From NCBI GenBank assembly GCA_951406725.2, contig OX597825.1, positions 22,382,001-22,446,000 of the forward strand: DNA of 64,000 nucleotides, read 5' to 3'. Position numbers and translations under genes: made by a program. Positions 56,294 to 64,000 of the stretch are shown one piece after another. Each line of letters opens with the position of its first letter. The first letter of the stretch is position 1. A model generated the notes under the pieces. The model worked only from the letters and a program-made list of their open reading frames with translations. It did no database searches and was not told where the DNA came from. This DNA is from Octopus vulgaris (Eukaryota).

Positions 56294-56758
56294 CACCCTT
56301 AACGTTGTTATCAGGAAGATTCAGCGTGACACAGAGTATAACAGGGCTGGCCCTTTGAAATACAAGTAGTACTCATTTATACCAGGTGAACGAACTGGAG
56401 CCATATGAAATAAAGTGACTTGTTCAAGGACACAAGGCGTCGCTGGGAATTGAATTTACGACCATACGATCGTGAGCCATACGATTGTGCGTTCAATTCC
56501 TGGCGACGCGTTGTGTCCTTCAGCAAGTCACTTTATTTTACGTTGTGACAGTCCATTCAGCTGGCAAAAATGAGTCATACCTGTATTTCAAAGGGCCAGC
56601 CTTATCACAATTTGTGTCTCGCTGAATCTGTGTGAGAACTACGTTAAGAGTGCACGTGTCTGTGGAGCGCTCATCCACTTGCACGTAAATTTCACGAGCA
56701 ATTTGTTCCATTGATCGTATCAGCTGGGACTCTTGTCTTCACAACCGACGGAATGCTC
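56294..56758. mobile_element. Head-to-head inverted pair of 5'-truncated tRNA SINEs
   Basis: 56294-56478 is the reverse complement of about 56480-56655 (ggctggccctttgaaataca vs tgtatttcaaagggccagcc); the plus copy shares its tail with the 63391 family. Confidence 0.8.
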
Positions 56759-56761
56759 ATT

Positions 56762-56827
<66 letters not shown>

Positions 56828-57125
56828 TAAATTAGAGACAAAACCACTATTAGGCAAATCATACAATGAAAAACTTAAGCCAATGCATAAGATTAATTAA
56901 TTTATATTATTTAAATATATAACAAAATTATTAAAAAAATATAATTAATATCTAATTTAATATAATATAATATTTTACTATAAAATTGGATTCAATCCTA
57001 AATCTGATTTTTCCCTGTAAGTTTGGATTTATTCCCTAATATTTATTATATATATATATATACAAATGGCGGTGCCCCAGCATGGCCACAGCTCATTAGC
57101 TGAAACTGGAAAAATCAAAATCAAA

Positions 57126-57191
<66 letters not shown>

Positions 57192-58168
57192 CATAAAGAT
57201 GTTTACATGTTATATGCATAAATACATATAGATGTGTGTGTTTGTGTCTGTGTGTATGGATGTGCGTGTTTAATACATTTTAGCCTTTCTCAAAGCTTTT
57301 GTGTTCTTTAACCAGGAGTCAGTCTTTCCATAAAATAAAACAAGAACCAACCTCTTTAACGGATGAACCTTCTAGAAGTGTTTGGCAGTCTATAGAAAAA
57401 CACCCAAATTTGTGAACATAAATTTTTGTAGATGTTTGTTGATTAAAAGTTGATTAAAAGGGTTTTTTTGTTGATTAAAAGTTACTTTCGATGCTGCGAA
57501 ATATCTACGCAGGTGTTATATATTTCTTTCTAACGAAGAGTTTTATTCAAAAGAAATATTTTTCACATATGTGTGACAACTCGCACTAAAGCGCTGCATT
57601 ATAACATAAAACAGTCTTTAAGTAATTTCCAACGATATCTGGAGATTATTGTCGGTTATGACTGTAGTACATTCCCGATGTGTCAGATAATGTTTCCATA
57701 CAGACGTTACACAACGTTTTCATACATATAAAGCAGCTGTTCCAAGAAATATCCGACATTTATCAGATATATTTATGATATATCAGATTTCAATTTTCTC
57801 TGCTGTAATTACGATCTGCTAGAAATTTGAACGAGATCACATTAGAAATAAAATAAGATTTTATAACGAGATTCTATGAAAAATCGATGTCAAGTCAAGT
57901 AATTCTTCTGCAATATGTGTCTACCACACATTCATAAAGAAAGTTTGCAATTTGAAGAATATGACGGTTTTCTGAGACATTTGGCTTCTCTCGTTTGCAA
58001 TAGTTTTCACATTTATAATGTATCGATAAAATAACTATGCTCTTGATCTGTGAATGTTAACCATGGTTAAATGATGCTTCTTGAAAATTACATATATATG
58101 TATATATAGATACATATAGAGAGATAGATAGATAGATATACGTATATATACATATACATAAGACCTTT

Positions 58169-58218
<50 letters not shown>

Positions 58219-58225
58219 TATATGT

Positions 58226-58306
<81 letters not shown>

Positions 58307-58335
58307 TACGTATATATACATATATATAACACCTT

Positions 58336-58390
<55 letters not shown>

Positions 58391-58392
58391 GT

Positions 58393-58425
<33 letters not shown>

Positions 58426-58507
58426 AGAGAGAGAGAGAGAGAGAGAGAGGATATAGGTAGATAGATAAATAGATAGATAGATAGATTGATAGATAGACTG
58501 ATAGATT

Positions 58508-58584
<77 letters not shown>

Positions 58585-58591
58585 ATTGATT

Positions 58592-58667
<76 letters not shown>

Positions 58668-58694
58668 TACGTATAAATAACACATTTTGTATAA

Positions 58695-58734
<40 letters not shown>

Positions 58735-58754
58735 GTGTGTGTATATATATATAT

Positions 58755-59095
58755 ACGTATAACCTTTCTTTTGCTGGGTTCAAATCTCATTTGCGAATCC
58801 ATGGGAAACGAACCTCCAACAACTATTCTGCCTATATGTCTGTTCACACCTTTGACTGCAGTGTATGCCAGAAGGTGTGCATATCTAACGGAGGACCCCA
58901 AAAGACATTTCAAGATCCACAAAGAACAGAATTTAACTGCAGCTCTCGGTGGTTCAAACCGAATATGCTATCTACGTGGGTTGCTTTTCAAAACATTGTC
59001 TGGTTTAAAAAGCCACATTAGATGCCATGATGGTTGTAAGCTGTAGGTACAGGGGGTGGTGAAACTCTGCATATGAAGTAGACAACCACCATATA
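58755..59095 (+). mobile_element. RTE-type LINE 3' end with degenerate C2H2-like fingers
   Basis: [34 protein letters not shown] (frameshift), FKTLSGLKSHIRCH, stop, short UTR, then TA tail. Confidence 0.6.
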
Positions 59096-60129
59096 TATAG
59101 TAGAATAATAGAGAAAGTTGTTGGTACAGTATTATATATATTTGAAAGAATGAGTTGAGATGGTGCTTTGAAGGGTTATTTTTAATTTTAATTTTAATAA
59201 TAATGTTTACAGTGAGTACATACACACATGCAGCCTCGCACACAGATACGTATATACACCTATACACACATCCACATATATACGCATATATATATAGTAT
59301 ACAAAAGTGTGTATACTCATATGTGTTTTACGCTGAGGTCTGTATTTGGGATATTTTTTGCTTTGGTGATAGCGGTGTCAATTAAACTAGTGGGATATTT
59401 CGTTCTTTTACAAATATTTTTAATTCCTGTAATCTTTTATCCCTTAATTCTGCATCTATTACTATAGCGCAAATTCGTTTGCCCTATAAAAGGGTGGGTT
59501 TTTTTGCTATGTGAGGGATGGGAGGAATAAAAGTTCAAATATCGTGTCTGTAGGCTTGGAGGAGAGATGTGTGCATATGTGTATATATGTATCTGTGTGT
59601 GTGAGTGTGTGTTTGTGTGTATGTGTGTGTGTGCATTCATGTGTATATGTACTTACTGTAAACAGTATTACGATTGAAATAAAACTTAGCCTCTCAAAAA
59701 AGCCATCTCTACTCATTCTTTCAAATATATATATGCATATATATGTGTCTGTGTGTGTATGTGTGTGTGTGAGCACATATATATTAATTTCATCAGTTAT
59801 TGGCTCCAACCGAAGGCTGGGGCCATGCTGGAGCCTGTGAGCTGTGGTAATTTTGGTCTCATTTCTGTACTGTCTTTTGGTGTAGATCTGAGTTGATGAA
59901 TGCATCACACACACGCACACACACACACACACACACACGCACACACACAATAATGTATTATTTAGTATCCACCTATAAGCGTTTTCCGTATATATTTTGT
60001 CATTAATGATTTTTTTGTGATTTATTTTGTTTCATCCTGTTGCGTTCCGAAAACTGTCTTCACAAATTGTGTTTTCCCCGAAGTCGAAACCCTATCTGCC
60101 ATTTTGCTCTTGTGGAATGAAGCAAAGCA

Positions 60130-60330
60130 AGCCTTGCACTACTCAAGAGAACACATAGTAAATGGTCCACAAGCACTCAAGCAAACTGCGTCTTTATCTT
60201 GTTCCATTCGCCAGAAAGTTTGCAAGGCGTCTGTAGGCCTTAGGGGACACATTCGTGTCCATAGAACATGATTAATGTTATATTCCATTGAACACTTATT
60301 TGTTCAGAGACAAGTTAATCGATCATGTAT
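60130..60330 (+). mobile_element. Second RTE-like LINE 3' end
   Basis: LSCSIRQKVCKASVGLRGHIRVHRT*, followed by a short UTR and a TACA/TA tail. Confidence 0.45.
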
Positions 60331-60419
60331 ACATATACATATATACATATGTATACAAATATATGCATGCATATACATATATACATATATATACATATAC
60401 ACATATGTATATATATATT

Positions 60420-60648
60420 TCTTTACTGCCCACAATGGGCAGAACATAGAGGGGACAAACAAGGATAGACAAAGGGATGAAGTCGTTTACATCGACCCCA
60501 GTGCGTAACTGGTACTTTATTTATCGACTCCGAAAGGATGTAAAGCAAAGTCGACCTTGGCGGAATTTGAACTCAGAACGTAACGGCAGACAAAATACGG
60601 CTACGCATTTCGCCCGGCGTGCTAACGTTTCTGCCAGCTCACCGCCTA
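60420..60648 (-). mobile_element. Meta-core SINE with an alternative 3' tail
   Basis: Standard head and core (rc ggcggtgagctggcagaaacgttagcacgccggg...gtcgataaataaagtaccag), but the tail is gtcccctctatgttctgcccattgtgggcagtaaagaaa. Confidence 0.85.
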
Positions 60649-60656
60649 CATATGCA

Positions 60657-60688
<32 letters not shown>

Positions 60689-62149
60689 ATCATATATATG
60701 CATGAATACAACCACAAATACAAATAAAAACATGTATAACAGTGTATTCTTAAAATTGGTGCAGATTGTACTGGCTACTAGATGAATAAACAGTTAGTGG
60801 AAACACAAACCGTTTTAGGAACACGACAAAATGAAGGAGAAAAAATCCCAATGGATTCATTTTTACAAAAACATGTAGTAATGACAAAATCAATAGGAAA
60901 ACACTTATATGTGGATACAGAATAATATATTATATATTTAAATATATACAATAGCATGAAATTAGATAATTCGTGTGCGTTGTTACGTATTGAATTATAT
61001 GTGCTAAAACGAAACAATAAAAATAGCAAAAATATTAATGAATTCATTTTTTCGATAACGGAAACGCAATCCTTGTGGTATGTTTAATGACACTCAAAGG
61101 AAACAGTATGTTTTCTCAAAATATTCAGAATTAATTCCGCAGAAAATTGAGTTTTCATGGCTCGAGGGGAAAATGTGTTTTTTAAGAAAGAAAATTAAGG
61201 AATGTTTGAAATATGGTAAACGTTGAATGAAGAACGATTTGATGATGTCTGTTTCTATCTGTTTCGAAACGGATATCTTAACTTCGTATAGCACTAATGT
61301 ACCATTATCTACTAGTACAAATGTGGCACTGAAATTAAACGTTGACTAAAAGATAGTATTTTAAAGTTATTTTCCACAACAGTGAACGCGTCTCGGTCCG
61401 CTACGCTCCATAGAAAGTAATTTGAAGTCGAACGAATCACAGATTGCTCACTTTATTTCTCTTTCTCTCAAGGCAATTTTGATAGCACTTCTCTTGCAAA
61501 ACAAAACATATTCTATCACATTTTAAAATCAAACATTTTCTATTACGTTATTAAATCTTTATCTTAATTAATTTTGTAAATTAAAATGTAAAATACTCCA
61601 CGTTCGGATTCTGTTTAAGCTGGAATACATATTCTCAAACCTTTTACTGTAAAATTAGTATTGTTTTACTCTGTCAATGAGATCGGAGAAAACTTTCTTC
61701 TTCATTACGATGGCAAAAATGTAAGTCGAATTATTAAATTGGATGTACAGTTTAATACATTTGACTCTGTCCCTTGTGCAAACGTAATTGTGAGATATCT
61801 GACAATTCATGCGGCGAAAATATTTGTAATTAGTGTGCTTTGAATTGCACTGACGATGGAGAATTAAAAAGAACATTATCGTCACGTTTGGCCAACCCAT
61901 TATACTGGGTGCTTTTCGTGCGAACTTTCTAATTTCTAAAATATATGACAATCCTATCAGTCCAGTGCATAAGATGGAGTTTAATGCACAATAGAAAAGC
62001 GAAAATAAAGGAAAATAGGAAGGCAAAATCAACAGACAAACAAAAGAAACCGTTATTGGGTTTCAACTTTTCTGCCTTACTTCCCATCAAATGTATGAGA
62101 CGAATATCAACAGAATGGAAACCATTTTCTCGCAATCAAACCGATAACA

Positions 62150-63010
62150 AAATGGTTTCATGTAAATATCAGACGAATACTCTTGTACATGAAAGTTTAT
62201 CGTACTCAAACAAATCACACGTTGCAATAATGGAATATTATCGCATTCAATCGATTAATCCTGCACATCAATGACGCATGGATAGATTTAATATTAGAAA
62301 TTTCATGTGAAGAAGGGAATGGAATTTTGATTATGTATTTTAAAATGTTTTCGTGTATACTGAGCGAAAATCTTTTCTAGACAACGTCTTTAAACACAAG
62401 AACAAATATGGCGAAATATCTGAAAGAGATTGTCTAGTGTGGTGTATCAAGGGACGAGCCATACTTTCTCTATCATTTTGACACTTTTGAGAAAGGCAGC
62501 GTAATGCCTGGGCGTTGACAATATAGAACGTTTGGTCTACTACAGACAAAATGAGATTGAGGAAACAATGTGACGGTATTCTTGAACATGAACGTAGTAA
62601 CCAGCTTAAATATATTTATATACTGTTGAGAGATGAAAAGGTTTTGATGAAATATTCAGTCACATGAGGTGTGGAAATGTTTGTGCATACACAAACCCTA
62701 GCAGTAGAATCTGACTGGACTAAAATATTCTGATTTACTTTATTTTATTTTAGGATGAAAGAAGTAAGTGAACGTTCTGTGTTAACGTTAAATCAGACGG
62801 GTGATATTCCCCATAGCGACTTCCTTGAGCTGGTTGAACGTTTGTCGCATTGGTATCATCTACACGAAACCAAAGCTATGGAGGTCACAAAGCCAGAGAA
62901 AAAAGTGGGGTGGAAAGTTGCAAGTGTATTACTTGTCAGCGAAATAACAATAACAAATATTCTCTTTCTCAGTGTCCCGATCTCTGTGAAAGATCAAATA
63001 CAAAATACTA
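62150..63010 (+). mobile_element. piggyBac-like transposase relic
   Basis: IMEYYRIQSI/LHIND, KHKNKYG, YFLYHFDTFEKG, PHSDFLELVERL and Cys-rich CITCQR..KYSLSQCPDLC in the order expected for piggyBac transposases; many disruptions. Confidence 0.5.
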
Positions 63011-63390
63011 CTGAATAACAATTGGTATAACATCTGGTTCAAAGATGTCAAACAGAATACATTTGACATCTCTTACTTTCAACATATAAATTATGAATTT
63101 ACGTTTCAAGAGAAATTTCTCACTTTCGTATAAAGCGGTTTCTGAGACTGCGATTGGATATACAACACTTAGAACAAAAATATAATTCTCTTGAAAGAAT
63201 GTAAGGGTCATGAGTACCACACTGGCCCAGCTTTACAAACACGATAAGAAGAGTTTATTACATTGAAGTTGTGTGGCACTAATGTAACTTGACTACTACT
63301 GGAGCTCGTTAAAATATCTTTTCCTAATTTAAGTCAAAATTACTCTGATACTCAGAGGCTGTCAACCATTGCATTTTATATGATCTAACG

Positions 63391-63776
63391 GTGGAGGCGC
63401 AATGGCCCAGTGGTTAGGGCAGCGGACTCGCGGTCATAGGATCGCGGTTTCGATTCCCAGACCGGGCGTTGTGAGTGTTTATTGAGCGAAAACACCTAAA
63501 GCTCCACGAGGCTCCGGCAGGGGATGGTGGTGATCCCTGCTGTACTCTTTCACCACAACTTTCTCTCACTCTTACTTCCTGTTTCTGTTGTATCTGTATT
63601 TCAAAGGACCGGTCTTGTCACTCTCTGTGTCACGCTGAATATCCCCGAGAACTACGTTAAGGGTACACGTGTCTGTGGAGTGCTCAGCCACTTACACGTT
63701 AATTTCACGAGCTGGCTGTTCCGTTGATTCAGATCAACCGGAACCCTCGTCGTCGTAACCGAGGGAGTGCTTCAAG
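63391..63776 (+). mobile_element. Full-length OR-type tRNA SINE with 13-bp TSD
   Basis: tggcccagtgg A box, gtttcgattcc B box; TSD atatgatctaacg at 63378-63390 and 63777-63789. Confidence 0.93.
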
Positions 63777-64000
63777 ATATGATCTAACGAAATGTTTGAA
63801 TTGACTGCGGGAAATACTTTGCATCTGATTTCAAATCTCTGCCAGATATATAGTACGCAATTATACTCAGAAGATGACAGAAAAATTGCAATATACTTAT
63901 GCTTTGTATTTTGCTTTATTTACGAACATGAATAATTATATTACGGTTTATAAAAAATCTTTCAATTATTGTTGAAAAGTGCGAGCCTTAAAACATGATC

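Noticed and set aside
58035-58922. 295-aa ORF, the longest in the track
   Set aside because: Made of (TATC)n and (TA)n.
58755-59046. Host C2H2 zinc-finger gene (a family expanded in octopus)
   Set aside because: No TGEKP linkers, frameshifted, and followed by a short UTR and TA tail; fits an RTE LINE C-terminus better.

Overview
AT-rich, repeat-saturated eukaryotic DNA. The SINE families and microsatellite style point to an octopus (coleoid cephalopod) genome; this is an inference from recalled repeat consensus, not a database hit. I see no intact host protein-coding gene. Almost all long ORFs in the track are translated microsatellites, and only one weak exon candidate exists (14027-14112). 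The window is a mosaic of (i) very long tri-, di- and tetranucleotide tracts, (ii) more than 20 tRNA-derived SINE copies of several families, some with clean TSDs, and (iii) decayed transposons: Chapaev3, mariner, piggyBac, R4/Dong and RTE LINEs, and two Penelope-like elements (PLEs). The main unexplained signal is about 15 minimal type-I hammerhead-ribozyme (HHR)-like motifs, many of them degenerate. They sit in several small non-coding element families that form fold-back palindromes and often lie in (TA)n. One family joins a Pol III tRNA-like head to an (AAT)n spacer and a hammerhead tail, and occurs as head-to-head dimers with the same spacer-less junction at two loci. Another looks like a 325-bp retrozyme-like monomer with a direct terminal repeat and an inverted arm. 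Together they suggest ribozyme-bearing non-autonomous retroelements mobilised by PLE reverse transcriptases.
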